A stretch of 64,000 nucleotides of DNA from Vicinamibacteria bacterium (lineage in GTDB: Bacteria; Acidobacteriota; Vicinamibacteria; Fen-336). Location: NCBI GenBank assembly GCA_035542035.1, contig DATKME010000055.1, forward strand, positions 318 to 64,317, written 5' to 3'. Every line of letters starts with the position of its first letter. The first letter of the stretch is position 1. The position numbers and the translations under genes were made by a program. This document shows, piece after piece, positions 31,101-39,704 of this stretch. The notes under the pieces are model-generated. The model searched no databases. It was not told where the DNA came from and was given only the letters and a program-made list of their open reading frames with translations.

Positions 31101-31312
31101 CCGAGCTCGCGGCGAGCGAGGGCTTCCGCGACCTGCTGCGGGAGCTCGTCTCGCTGCTCTCCCGCGGCGTCTTCCCCCAGGAGCCGCTCGCCTGCGACTG
31201 GTGCGACTTCACCGCGGTCTGCGGACCCAAGCCGCTGCTGCAGCGAAGGCAGGCGATGAAGGTGCGGGACGCGGCCCTGCAGGACTACCTGCGGCTGCGG
31301 GACGTGGGGTGA
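28148..31312 (+). CDS. addB: AddB-like helicase-nuclease subunit (degenerate ATPase, Fe-S PD-(D/E)XK nuclease)
   Basis: The N-terminus lacks GxGKT (LVLLVPPYASAEE). The C-terminus has YAQCGFQYLL ... GKIDRIDR ... LRDYKTG ... ACDWCDFTAVCG (C...CxxCx5C). The GTG at 28148 avoids overlap with the divergent yihY start. Confidence 0.75.
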   Translation: MSPRPLVLLVPPYASAEELPRRLASTGCALAAVYALEPLELARAIAEPLLLARGLRPWRGQHSALLAARILTSADAEGELPLPGGARRAPVVTALTRTLVALRHGAVAPEAVERLATADAARPGEDARRLRALAGMYRRFHDALEGQAADPVALYAAARAALPGAHWLAGAEVLIPEDLELEPVAEEFVAALAAALPTVILHRPLPPSLRPASFRGRFASRGVGEADWSATRLAPLAPPPPPPSLRRLRESLFEPLAGTEVDDGAVELLTAAGEAAEARAIARRLLREAARGVPFEEMGVVLARPDPYAPLFADLLTRLGVPYRLHPSLPLRYGRAARSLLLLFRCRGLERQAVMELLTFAPVPFAAMLGEEGRAWPARWDRLSREAGIVSDYSRWMVGLRSHAEAEREAADAEPDSYRRERRLRNAGEAEDLLRVVEALSNTLESLSGEASWPEWVQRLQVACDDWIGPEHDRERVLEVIADLGGLASAASRATADEVEQVIEERLEMKRVPLTAQEGGAVHVGALDAMAGLPFRVLAIPGLVEGGYPGVFRPDPFLLDEERRALGVAADPAAAARPQPRRGAAQLELFTAPAPTAAVHRLPTSQDRLLQARREFHRALSQATERLILSYPRADARTGRERLPSLFLAAAASTLAGRPLSAGELEPRVSEDSLEALALEDAIDPGERDRLRLRRDEGAAAAVAAGSVCFRQSRLATRARWSGRLTRYDGLLLELEPPLAARLDPLGERPVSASRLAVYAQCGFQYLLREVLRLQVAPEPEERRRLEPLERGNLFHQVAERFLRERRDRGELPLRDTDANRARLREMAEEALEHLVRGSPPRFTLLWQREKRRFQQTAGEWFAREVAAASRSVPLHFELSFGLGRGPQAGEPHAPEPLEIELGQGRVLRVCGKIDRIDRRHEGGLVLRDYKTGRAPKDDGGVFRGGRQLQIPFYVLAAAKLLPGERVVDAFLDYVDGGRQVAFRPELAASEGFRDLLRELVSLLSRGVFPQEPLACDWCDFTAVCGPKPLLQRRQAMKVRDAALQDYLRLRDVG

Positions 31313-34300
31313 GCGGCTTCCGGCCGGTCGACGAGGAGGCGCGGCAGCGCGCGCGGCTGGACCACCAGACCAGCCTGGTGGTGGAGGCCGGCGCCGGCAC
31401 GGGCAAGACCACGCTGCTGGTCGACCGCGTGGAGGCGCTGGTGCGCTGCGGCCGGGCGCGGCTCGACCAGGTGGCCGCGGTCACCTTCACCGAGAACGCC
31501 GCCGTCACCATGAAGCTGCGCCTGCGCGAGCGGCTGGAGCGGGCGCGCGCGGACGGCTCCCTGCCGCCCGCCGAGCGTTCGCGGGTCGAGGCCGCTCTCG
31601 AGGTGCTGGAGCGGGCGTGCGTGTGCACCATCCACGCGCTCTGCGCCTTCATCCTGCAGGAACGCCCGCTCGAGTGCGGCGTGGTGCCCGGCTTCCGGGT
31701 GGCGGACGAGGCGCTGGCGGACTCCATCTTCGCCGCGGCCTGGGAGGAGTGGCTGGGGGAGCGGCTGGCGGGGGGCGATGACGTGCTGCTGGAGGCGCTC
31801 GACCGCGGCATCCCCCTGGAGGCGGAGAGCGCCTGGGGAGAGCGCAGCTCGCTGCGCGGCCTGGCGCGGGCGCTGCTCGAGCAGCGCGACCTCGAGCCGC
31901 TGGCCGAGGTCGGTGCCTTCGACCCGGGACAGGCGCGCGAGGAGCTGCTGGCCAGGGCGGCGCGGGCCGCCGAGCTGGCCGCCCAGGTCCCCGAGGCGGA
32001 CAGCCTGGCGGCTCGGCTGCTGCGGCTGGTCGAGTGCGCCGAGGCCTCGCGTTTCCTCTCGGGCGCCGCCCTCGAGGAGCGGCTCCTGGCCCTCGAGGCG
32101 GTCCCCGCCAGCTTCGGCTTCCGGCCGCACTGGCCCTCCCCGGAGGCGTTGGCCGAGGCGCGCGCGATCGCCGCCTGGACGAAGGAGGCCCGCCTGCGCT
32201 GGGCGGCTGCGCGCGGCTCCGACCTGCACGGGCGCCTGGTGGGGGCTCTCGGCGGAGTGGTGGCGCTCTACCAGCGCCGCAAGGCGGAGCAGGGGGTGGT
32301 CGACTTCCTCGACCTGCTCCAGAAAGCGCGCGACGCGCTCGCCCACCAGCCGGGCGTGCGCGAGTGGTACCAGCGCCGCTTCCCCTTCGTGGTGATCGAC
32401 GAGTTCCAGGACACGGACCCGCTGCAGGTGCAGCTCGCCGAGCTGCTGGCCGGCGGGCGGCCGGGCGCTCTGGTGGTGGTCGGCGACCCCAAGCAGTCCA
32501 TCTACCGCTTCCGCCGTGCCCACGTACGCCTGTTCCGCGAGCTTCTGGCGCGCTCGGCGGACGCCCCGGGGCGCGCGGTGGTGCACCTGGTGCAGAACTT
32601 CCGCTCGCGGCCCGCCATCCTGCGCTTCGTGAACCGCGTGTTCGCGGAGCTGCTGCAGGCGTCCGAGGACGCCGACCAGCCCGCCTACGAGCCGATCGTC
32701 CCGCCGCCGGGTCTCGACGGGGACCCGGCGGTCGTGGCGCTGCGCTTCCCGGCGCCGGCGAACGCCGGCGGAGAGGACCTGCTCGGCGCCGAGGCGGCGG
32801 CGCTGGCGGCGTTCCTGGCGGGAGTCGCCCGGGGCGGCGAGACGGTCCGCGACCCGCTGACCGGCGCCCTGCGCCCCAGCCGCGCCGGCGACGTGCTGGT
32901 GCTGGCGCGGCGTCTCACCAAGGCGGGCCTGCTGGAGGAGGCGCTCGAGGCCGCCTCGCTGCGCTTCACGGTCGAGGGCGGAAAGTCTTTCTTCGACCGC
33001 CAGGAGGTGCACGAGACGCTGGCCGTGCTGCGTGCCGTCGAGGACCCGCAGGACCGGGTGGCGCTGGTGGCCGCCCTGCGCTCCTCCTTCTTCGGCGTGA
33101 GCGATCGCGACCTCGCGGCCTACTGGCTCTCCGGCCCCCCGCCCACGCCGGACGCCGTCGATCCCGAGCGCCCCGGCGGCGCCGCCCTCGCCCCGGCGCT
33201 CGCGGTGATCGCCGATCTGCACCGCCGCCGGCGGCACGCCAGCGTCCCTGCGCTGCTGGAGGGGCTGTACCAGGACACCCGCATCCTGGCGGCGCTCACC
33301 GGGACCCGGCGCGGCGAGGCGCAGATCGCCAACCTGGAGAAGGTGGCGGCGCTCGCCCGCGAGGCGGGGACTCTCGGGGCGGCGCTGACCCTGCGCGGCT
33401 TCACCCGGCTGCTCGAGGAGCGCGTTCTCGGCGCGCGCGAGGAGCCGGATCTGCCGGCGACCCGTCCCGGCGACCCGGAGACGGTGCGGGTGCTCTCGAT
33501 CCACAAGGCGAAGGGGCTGGAGGCGCCGGTGGTGGCCCTGTTCGACTGCGACGACGAGGCCCGGCCGATCGTCGACACCGTGCCCCTGTGGAGCGAGGGA
33601 AGGATCGCGGTCGGCTTCCGCGGGGGCTGCCAGCCACCGGGCTGGGACGCCCTGGTGCGGGCCGAGGAGAAGCGGGCGCGCGCGGAGGCGCGGCGCCTGC
33701 TCTACGTCGCCTGCACCCGCGCCCGCGACCTGCTGGTCGTCCCCCGCCCGCCGGTGGACGCGGCGCTCGGGGACTTCTGGCGCGAGCTCGTCGAGCGGCT
33801 GCCGCCGGCCGGCGACGACGACGTCCGCGTGGTCGACGCGGAGACGCTGCCGCGCCCGGAGGTGCCCGGCCGTGGACGCGAGCTGTGGGCGCTCTCCGCC
33901 GCCGGCGGCGGCGACGCCGTCGCCGCGCGCTGGGCGGACGAGCGGCAGGCGCTGCTCGGCCGCGCGGCGGAGCGGGCGTACCTGCCGACCTCGGTCACCG
34001 CGCTGGTCGCCGGGACGGCACCGCCCCCGGTCGCCGCCGCAGGGGAGCGCACCGGGCGCAGCTTCGGCACGCTGGTGCACCGGCTGCTCGAGTGGACGGC
34101 TCTCGAGGACCCGGCCGCCGCGCTCTCGCCCCGGCTGCTGACGCTGGCACAGGCGCTGGCGCCGGCGCTCGGCCTCGACCCGGCGGCAGCGGCACGGGCA
34201 GCGGGCCAGGCGGAGAGGGCGCTGGCCCACCCCGTGTTCGCGCGGGCGCGCCGCGCTCGCGCCGCGTGGCGTGAGCTGGAGCTGCGGTTCCCCGAGGGGG

Positions 34301-34527
34301 ACCGCCTGGTCGAGGGTGTCGTCGACCTCGTCTTCGAGGAGGACGGCCAGCTGGTGGTCGTCGACTACAAGAGCGACGCCATCAGCGACGAGCAGGCGCT
34401 CGCCCAGGCGGCGCACCACGCCCCCCAGCTGCAGCTCTACGGCCGGGGCCTGGCGCAGGCGCTGGAGCGGCCGGTGCGCGAGCGGCTGGTGCTGTTCACC
34501 GCGCTCGGCCGGACGGTCCCGGTCTGA
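31309..34527 (+). CDS. addA: AddA/UvrD-type helicase-nuclease subunit
   Basis: Walker A EAGAGTGKTT, then FTENAAVTMKLR, VIDEFQDTDPLQ, VGDPKQSIYRFRRA and SIHKAKGLE. The C-terminal nuclease motif is VDLVFEEDGQLVVVDYKSD. GTGA overlap with addB. Confidence 0.85.
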   Translation: MSGFRPVDEEARQRARLDHQTSLVVEAGAGTGKTTLLVDRVEALVRCGRARLDQVAAVTFTENAAVTMKLRLRERLERARADGSLPPAERSRVEAALEVLERACVCTIHALCAFILQERPLECGVVPGFRVADEALADSIFAAAWEEWLGERLAGGDDVLLEALDRGIPLEAESAWGERSSLRGLARALLEQRDLEPLAEVGAFDPGQAREELLARAARAAELAAQVPEADSLAARLLRLVECAEASRFLSGAALEERLLALEAVPASFGFRPHWPSPEALAEARAIAAWTKEARLRWAAARGSDLHGRLVGALGGVVALYQRRKAEQGVVDFLDLLQKARDALAHQPGVREWYQRRFPFVVIDEFQDTDPLQVQLAELLAGGRPGALVVVGDPKQSIYRFRRAHVRLFRELLARSADAPGRAVVHLVQNFRSRPAILRFVNRVFAELLQASEDADQPAYEPIVPPPGLDGDPAVVALRFPAPANAGGEDLLGAEAAALAAFLAGVARGGETVRDPLTGALRPSRAGDVLVLARRLTKAGLLEEALEAASLRFTVEGGKSFFDRQEVHETLAVLRAVEDPQDRVALVAALRSSFFGVSDRDLAAYWLSGPPPTPDAVDPERPGGAALAPALAVIADLHRRRRHASVPALLEGLYQDTRILAALTGTRRGEAQIANLEKVAALAREAGTLGAALTLRGFTRLLEERVLGAREEPDLPATRPGDPETVRVLSIHKAKGLEAPVVALFDCDDEARPIVDTVPLWSEGRIAVGFRGGCQPPGWDALVRAEEKRARAEARRLLYVACTRARDLLVVPRPPVDAALGDFWRELVERLPPAGDDDVRVVDAETLPRPEVPGRGRELWALSAAGGGDAVAARWADERQALLGRAAERAYLPTSVTALVAGTAPPPVAAAGERTGRSFGTLVHRLLEWTALEDPAAALSPRLLTLAQALAPALGLDPAAAARAAGQAERALAHPVFARARRARAAWRELELRFPEGDRLVEGVVDLVFEEDGQLVVVDYKSDAISDEQALAQAAHHAPQLQLYGRGLAQALERPVRERLVLFTALGRTVPV

Positions 34528-34564
34528 GCGCGCGCGCCGGCGGACCTCGGGCGCCGTCCCCGCG

Positions 34565-34573
34565 TGCTAGAGT
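34565..34573 (+). promoter_or_regulatory. extended -10 element TGCTAGAGT
   Basis: It ends 9 nt before the ATG at 34583, with no Shine-Dalgarno between them. This suggests a (near-)leaderless transcript. Confidence 0.35.
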
Positions 34574-34582
34574 CCGTCGCAG

Positions 34583-35521
34583 ATGGGGGCCCCCTTCACC
34601 TGGTCGGCCTCGCGCCACGACACCTTCGCGAGCTGCCGGCGCCGCTACTACTACGCCTACTACGCCGCGCTCCTCGACCCCGAGGTCCGACGGCTGAAGA
34701 AGCTCTCCGCGCTGCCGCTGTGGGCCGGCAGCGTGGTGCACGACACCATCGAGCGGTTCCTCAGGACGAGCGACCACCTGCCCGGTCCCGAGCAGCGGGA
34801 GGCGATCGTGCGGGGCGCCGTCAACGCCACCATGCTCGGGCACTGGCGCGAGAGCGAAGCGGGAGACGGCGGCTTCCGGCTGTTCGAGCACGAGTACGGC
34901 GTGCCGGTCGAGCAGGAGGACAAGCGCCTGGCGGTCACCATCGTCATGCGCTCGCTGCGGCACTTCTTCGCCGGCCGCACGCTGACCCGGGCGCTCGCCG
35001 CCGGCCGCTCCCGGTGGCTGGCGCTCGAGGACCTCGTCTCCTTCGACGTCGCGGGGACCGAGGTGTTCCTGCGCATGGACCTCGCCTGGCGCGAGGAGGA
35101 CGGCCGCGTGGTGATCGTGGACTGGAAGACCGGGCGCCGCGAGGGGCGCTTCAACGAGGTGCAGGTGGCCGGCTACGCGCTCTACGCCGCCGAGAAGGGC
35201 TGGGTGCGCGAGCCCGAGGAGATCACCACCGAGCTCGACTACCTGGTGGTGCCCAAGGCGGTCCGCCGCAACGTCACCCGCAGGCAGATCGAGCACGCCC
35301 GGCGCTTCATCGAGCGCAGCGCCCGCGACATGCGCGCGCTGCTCGCGGACCCGGTGGAGAACCTGGCCCGCGAGCAGGACTTCCCGCGGGTGGACCGCCC
35401 GCAGGTCTGCCGCCGCTGCAACTTCCGCCGGCTGTGCTTCCCGCGCGCGGCCGAGACGCTGCCGGCGGGGAGCGCGGAAGAGGCGCCCGCAGCTCCGCTC
35501 GCCCCGCGCGCGGGGGCGTGA
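34583..35521 (+). CDS. Cas4-like PD-(D/E)XK nuclease family protein (stand-alone)
   Basis: N-terminal Cys (FASCRRRYYYAYY), a nuclease core (LRMDLAWREEDGRVVIVDWKTG) and a C-terminal CRRCNFRRLC. This is a four-Cys Fe-S pattern like Cas4/AddB. Confidence 0.75.
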   Translation: MGAPFTWSASRHDTFASCRRRYYYAYYAALLDPEVRRLKKLSALPLWAGSVVHDTIERFLRTSDHLPGPEQREAIVRGAVNATMLGHWRESEAGDGGFRLFEHEYGVPVEQEDKRLAVTIVMRSLRHFFAGRTLTRALAAGRSRWLALEDLVSFDVAGTEVFLRMDLAWREEDGRVVIVDWKTGRREGRFNEVQVAGYALYAAEKGWVREPEEITTELDYLVVPKAVRRNVTRRQIEHARRFIERSARDMRALLADPVENLAREQDFPRVDRPQVCRRCNFRRLCFPRAAETLPAGSAEEAPAAPLAPRAGA

Positions 35522-35528
35522 GCCGGCG

Positions 35529-36275
35529 CTAGCCCTTCAGGTGCTTCGCGAGGAACGCCGTCGTCCGCGCCCAGGCGTCGTCCGCCGCCTCCTTGCGGTA
35601 GCCGCCCCAGGGGTTGTTGACGTTGGCGAAGGCGTGGCCGGCGCCGGGGTAGATCTTGATGTCCGCCGGCTTGCCGGCCTTCGTCAGGGCGTCCTCGAAG
35701 GCCTTCACCAGGTCCGGCGCGGGCCCCTTGTCCTCGGCGCCGTAGTTGCCCATCACGGGCGCCTTGATGGCGGCGACGGCCGCGGGGTCGGTGGGGGGCG
35801 TGCCGTAGTAGGCGACGACCGCCTTGAGCGCCGGCTCGACCGTCGCCAACTGGAGCGCGTAGCCGCCGCCCATGCACCAGCCGATGACCCCGATGCGGTC
35901 CTTCTTCACGTCCGGACGCGACTGCAGATAGCGGTAGGCACCCTGCAGGTCGCGCATGGCGCGGTCGCGCGGGGTGCCCATCATCAGCTGGTGGGCCTCC
36001 TCCTGCTTGTCGGCCACCTTGCCCCGGTAGAGGTCCGGAGCCAGCGCCAGGTACCCCTGCTGCGCCAGCGCCCGCGCCTGCTGCTTGACCCAGTCGTTGA
36101 GCCCCCACCACTCCTGGATCACGATCACCGCCGGAAACGGCCCCTTGCCCGCGGGGGCGACCAGGACTCCCATGCCCTTCTCGTCGCCGCTGGTGAAGGT
36201 CACCGACTGCTCCGCCGCCTGCGTGGCGGCGGCCGCGAGCAGCGCGAGGACGGCGAACGCCCACACCCTTCTCAT
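35529..36275 (-). CDS. secreted dienelactone hydrolase family protein
   Basis: AGGAGG Shine-Dalgarno and signal peptide MRRVWAFAVLALLAAAATQAA. Then VIVIQEWWGLNDW, GVIGWCMGGGYAL and YPGAGHAF. Confidence 0.9.
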   Translation of the reverse strand: MRRVWAFAVLALLAAAATQAAEQSVTFTSGDEKGMGVLVAPAGKGPFPAVIVIQEWWGLNDWVKQQARALAQQGYLALAPDLYRGKVADKQEEAHQLMMGTPRDRAMRDLQGAYRYLQSRPDVKKDRIGVIGWCMGGGYALQLATVEPALKAVVAYYGTPPTDPAAVAAIKAPVMGNYGAEDKGPAPDLVKAFEDALTKAGKPADIKIYPGAGHAFANVNNPWGGYRKEAADDAWARTTAFLAKHLKG

Positions 36276-36402
36276 CGGCTCTGCCTCCTGGTTCTCTCTG
36301 TTCGGGAACGGACAGGAGCAGCGTCGCACTTCGCACCGCCGCGTGCAAGGCACGCGGCGGTGGCTCCTCCCGTCCGTCCCGGGCTCGAGTGGAGTCCGCC
36401 CT

Positions 36403-36426
36403 CTATTTCATCTGGTGATATAGCTG
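36403..36426. repeat. AT-rich hairpin element containing TGATATAGCTG (copy A)
   Basis: CTATTTCA-tctgg-TGATATAG (7 of 8 bp pair) abuts the ccsA stop codon. It shares TGATATAGCTG and flanking bases with 62176..62202. Confidence 0.5.
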
Positions 36427-38100
36427 CTACGCCGGCTGCGGCGTCGGCAGCGGTGGCGCCGGGTGGCGTGCCATCTCGGCGCGCCGGCGCAGCAGCGCCG
36501 CCACGATCACCAGCACCTCGAAGGCCACGAAGCCGCCCACGTACCAGTAGCCGCCGGAGCCGAAGCCGTAGGAGTGCAGCCCCGTGCCCAGCACGAAGTT
36601 GACGCCGTACCAGGCCATCAGCACCAGCAGGTAGCCGAGCAGCGAGCCGACCGCGACGCCGAAGTCCTTCAGCCAGCCGACGAAGCGGGCGTGCAGGATG
36701 GCGAGGTAGCCGAGGGTGGCGATGAGCGCCCAGGTCTCCTTGGGGTCCCAGCCCCAGAAGCGGCCCCACGAGTACGAGGCCCACACCCCGCCGAGCGCCG
36801 TGCCCACCGCCAGGAACAGCGTCCCCACCTGCAGCGCGCGGTAGAGGAAGATCGAGAGCGACTTCAGGAGGCCCGCCCGCCGCGGCGCGAAGAAGTACAG
36901 CCCCAGGTTGAGGTGGCCGAGGCCCATGGCCAGGGTGAAGGCCGCGTAGCCGAGCATGATGGTGAGCACGTGGATGGTCAGCCACATGTTGTCGCGCAGC
37001 ACCGGCACCAGCGGCGCGATCGAGGAGTCGAAGATGGGCACGTTGTCGGCGATCAGCAGGGCGATGGTGGCGAGGGCGGCCGCGGTGGCGCCGAAGAAGC
37101 GCACGCGGTAGATCGACTCGAAGACGAGCGCGAACAGCACGCCGCCCCAGGCCACGAAGACGATGGTCTCGTACATGTTGGTGACCGGCGGTCGACCCGA
37201 GATCAGGATGCGCAGGAGCATCCCGTAGGACTGGGTGAGGAAGGCGCTCCCCACCAGGGCGAAGCCGCCGATTGTCAGGCCGCGCGAGGCGAGCGGGAAG
37301 CTGGACAGCAGCGCCAGGAAGCCGAGGAGGTACAGCATCCAGGCGAGGCGGTAGGGCTTGAGCGTGTTGTAGTGGACCTCGAGCGACAGGTCCTTCTGGC
37401 TCGGGTAGGCGGAAGGCGCCAGCTCCGCCAGGCGGCGGGAGAGGGCGCTCGCCGCCGTCTGCACCCCCGGGCGGTCGCCGTCGCGGTAGGCGACGAGCAG
37501 CGCCCCGAGGAGCGTTCGCACCCGCTCGAGCTGCGGGGTGACGGCCGGTGACTGCAGGTCGGCGACCGACAGCCAGGCGGCCTTGGGGTCGTCCTGCGGC
37601 ACGATGTGCAGCGCCTCGCCGGTCATCACCCCGTTCATGGTCGAGAGCACGTCGAAGAGGTCGGCCACCTCGCGGTCGACCGGGTCGAGGTCCTCGCCGC
37701 GCTGGCTCTTGGCCTGCACCGCCGCCGTCGCCTCGCGGAAGCCCGGGTGGTCGGCCAGCTCGGCCAGGCTGAAGCGGTCGCGCCCGGCCGGCAGCTTCGC
37801 CGCCTGGCGCAACCCGGCGTGGGTCACCTTGACGATCGGCTCGCTACGCCACTTCTCGGGTGCCGTCATCATGGCCAGCAGCCACTCGGTCGGCTCCAGC
37901 CCCTCGATGCGCTCCAGGCCGAAGGCGCGGGCGCCCTGCACCCGCTTGGCGAGGTCGCGGGCGAAGCTGTCGAGCGGCTTGCTGCGCCCGCCGTCCTGGA
38001 TGGCGAGGCGCCGCAGCGGCTCGAGCTCAGGCCCCGCGAGGAGCGGGCGCGGCAGGCCCAGGGCGAGCAGCGACAGCGTCAGCAGCAGGCTTCGCTTCAT
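36427..38100 (-). CDS. ccsA: cytochrome c biogenesis protein CcsA/ResC with N-terminal periplasmic extension
   Basis: Signal-like N-terminus MKRSLLLTLSLLALGLP, then IQDGGRSKPLDSFAR, the WGWDPKETWALI tryptophan-rich motif and conserved His residues. The start is at 38100 or 38121 and overlaps the resB tail. Confidence 0.9.
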   Translation of the reverse strand: MKRSLLLTLSLLALGLPRPLLAGPELEPLRRLAIQDGGRSKPLDSFARDLAKRVQGARAFGLERIEGLEPTEWLLAMMTAPEKWRSEPIVKVTHAGLRQAAKLPAGRDRFSLAELADHPGFREATAAVQAKSQRGEDLDPVDREVADLFDVLSTMNGVMTGEALHIVPQDDPKAAWLSVADLQSPAVTPQLERVRTLLGALLVAYRDGDRPGVQTAASALSRRLAELAPSAYPSQKDLSLEVHYNTLKPYRLAWMLYLLGFLALLSSFPLASRGLTIGGFALVGSAFLTQSYGMLLRILISGRPPVTNMYETIVFVAWGGVLFALVFESIYRVRFFGATAAALATIALLIADNVPIFDSSIAPLVPVLRDNMWLTIHVLTIMLGYAAFTLAMGLGHLNLGLYFFAPRRAGLLKSLSIFLYRALQVGTLFLAVGTALGGVWASYSWGRFWGWDPKETWALIATLGYLAILHARFVGWLKDFGVAVGSLLGYLLVLMAWYGVNFVLGTGLHSYGFGSGGYWYVGGFVAFEVLVIVAALLRRRAEMARHPAPPLPTPQPA

Positions 38101-39544
38101 GCGGTGTCTCCCGTGCGGCACGATGGGCGGCGAGCGCCGCCTGGGCCTGCCGCCTGGCCAGGTACGGCTTCACGTAGAACATCCAGACGATGCCGGTGCC
38201 GATCAGCACCACCCCCAGGTAGACGAGGGGCAGGCCGGGCGCCCGGGCGACCGAGAAGATCGACATCATCGGCCGGCCCTCGACGAACGAGGACTGGAAG
38301 AAGATGTAGCCGCGGTAGTGCAGCGGGTGGTTCATGGAGATGAGCGTCTGGAAGCTGCCCTGCTCGGGGTCGTCGATGCGCACGGTGCTCTCGTAGGTCG
38401 CGGCCATGCGCGAGCCGGGGTAGCTCTCGTCGTTGAACCGCAGCAGCGTCACCTTGAAGGGCAGCGCCACCTCCGGCGAGCGGTAGGCGACCGCCGCCAG
38501 ACGGTTGCCCAGGCGCAGCGGCCGCTGCTCGCCCCACAGCACCCACTCCGCGGGGCCGGAGGCGCCCTGGCCCTCGAGGTGGACCCGGACCGCGGGGCGG
38601 CGCCTCTCCTCCTTGGCCGGCGGCGTCTCCGGGACCACCTGCCGCACCAGCTCGGCGGAGGGCAGGTACTGGTCGACGGTGAGGCCGAGGCCGGCCCAGC
38701 CGGTGCGCAGCGCCTGGCCGGGCACCACGCTGCCGTCCTGGCGCGCGCCCTGCGCGTCGGTGGCGGCGTAGAGGAGCGCTCCCCCTGGCACGGCCACGAA
38801 GGAGAGGTGGTTCGGACCTCCCTCCTCGGCCAGCAGCTGCCGCGCGGCATCTTCGCCGGCGGCGGAGCGGAAGCCGAAGGACACCATGCCGAGATCGATC
38901 CGGCTGCGCTCGGGGTCGTCCGGCACCAGCCAGCCGTCCTGTGTCGCCATCGGCGCCTGCAGCTGGAAGTGAAGGGCCGGGGTGCCGCTCGCCGCCCGGG
39001 CGAAGGACTCGCTCACCCCCACGTGCGGACGCGACTCGTCGGCGACCAGCACCAAGTCCTGTCCCGGCACCGCGAAGCGCTGCTCCCGGCCCGGCGAGGC
39101 CGGGTGCTTCTCGAAGAGGACCGGGAAGCTCGCCCGCGTGCCGCTCGGCAGCAGTAGCTGCAGGCTGCGGTCGTGCAGCGTCACCCGCTCGGAGGCCTCG
39201 CCCTCGAAGAGGGCCAGGTTCGAGTCGAGGCCCCGGTAGATGGACACGAGCGACCCCGCGAGGATCGCCAGGATCCCGGTGTGGGCGACCAGGAAGCCGA
39301 TGTGGTGGCGCGTCCAGGGATAGCGGCTCACCACCACCGCGGCGACGTTCGTGCCCAGCGTCGCCAGGATGAAGGCGAACCAGGGCGTCTGGTAGATGTC
39401 GCGCTGCACGGCCGGGGTGCCGTTGCGCATCTCGTAGAAGGTGGCGTAGGCGCAGACGCTGCCCAGCGTCAGCATCGTCACCACGGCGAGGCGGAGCGAG
39501 GCGAGGAGGGACAGGACGCGTCCGCCGGGGCTCTTGTCGACCAT
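38027..39544 (-). CDS. ccsB: cytochrome c biogenesis protein ResB/Ccs1
   Basis: Starts at the internal ATG at 39544: LASLRLAVVTMLTLGSVCAYATFYE, WFAFILATLGTNVAAVV, HIGFLVAHTGILAILAG, and the C-terminal MNHPLHYRGYIFFQSSF. Confidence 0.9.
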   Translation of the reverse strand: MVDKSPGGRVLSLLASLRLAVVTMLTLGSVCAYATFYEMRNGTPAVQRDIYQTPWFAFILATLGTNVAAVVVSRYPWTRHHIGFLVAHTGILAILAGSLVSIYRGLDSNLALFEGEASERVTLHDRSLQLLLPSGTRASFPVLFEKHPASPGREQRFAVPGQDLVLVADESRPHVGVSESFARAASGTPALHFQLQAPMATQDGWLVPDDPERSRIDLGMVSFGFRSAAGEDAARQLLAEEGGPNHLSFVAVPGGALLYAATDAQGARQDGSVVPGQALRTGWAGLGLTVDQYLPSAELVRQVVPETPPAKEERRRPAVRVHLEGQGASGPAEWVLWGEQRPLRLGNRLAAVAYRSPEVALPFKVTLLRFNDESYPGSRMAATYESTVRIDDPEQGSFQTLISMNHPLHYRGYIFFQSSFVEGRPMMSIFSVARAPGLPLVYLGVVLIGTGIVWMFYVKPYLARRQAQAALAAHRAARETPHEAKPAADAVAARPGPAAPAPRGA

Positions 39545-39623
39545 TCGGCTCCTGGAGGGGTGGCTAGACGGCCATTCTCCGGTGTCGCCGGGGAGGCTGT
39601 CAACGAACGGGCGGGGGCTGGCG

Positions 39624-39652
39624 TTGACGCCCCCGGGGCGGGTTCCTAGAAT
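39624..39652 (+). promoter_or_regulatory. sigma70-type promoter candidate for the FHA gene
   Basis: TTGACG-N17-TAGAAT, 52 nt upstream of the ATG at 39705. Confidence 0.55.
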
Positions 39653-39704
39653 CGCGGTACTTACGTCCGCGCCTCTTGCCCGCGCGGCACGGCGAGGAGA
39701 GCCC

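Noticed and set aside
28121-34419. Long minus-strand ORFs 28121..30910 (929 aa) and 31285..34419 (1044 aa).
   Set aside because: They are antisense shadows of the addB-like and addA-like genes, which carry clear helicase and nuclease motifs. The shadow translations are Arg/Gly/Pro/Gln-rich and have no recognisable domains.
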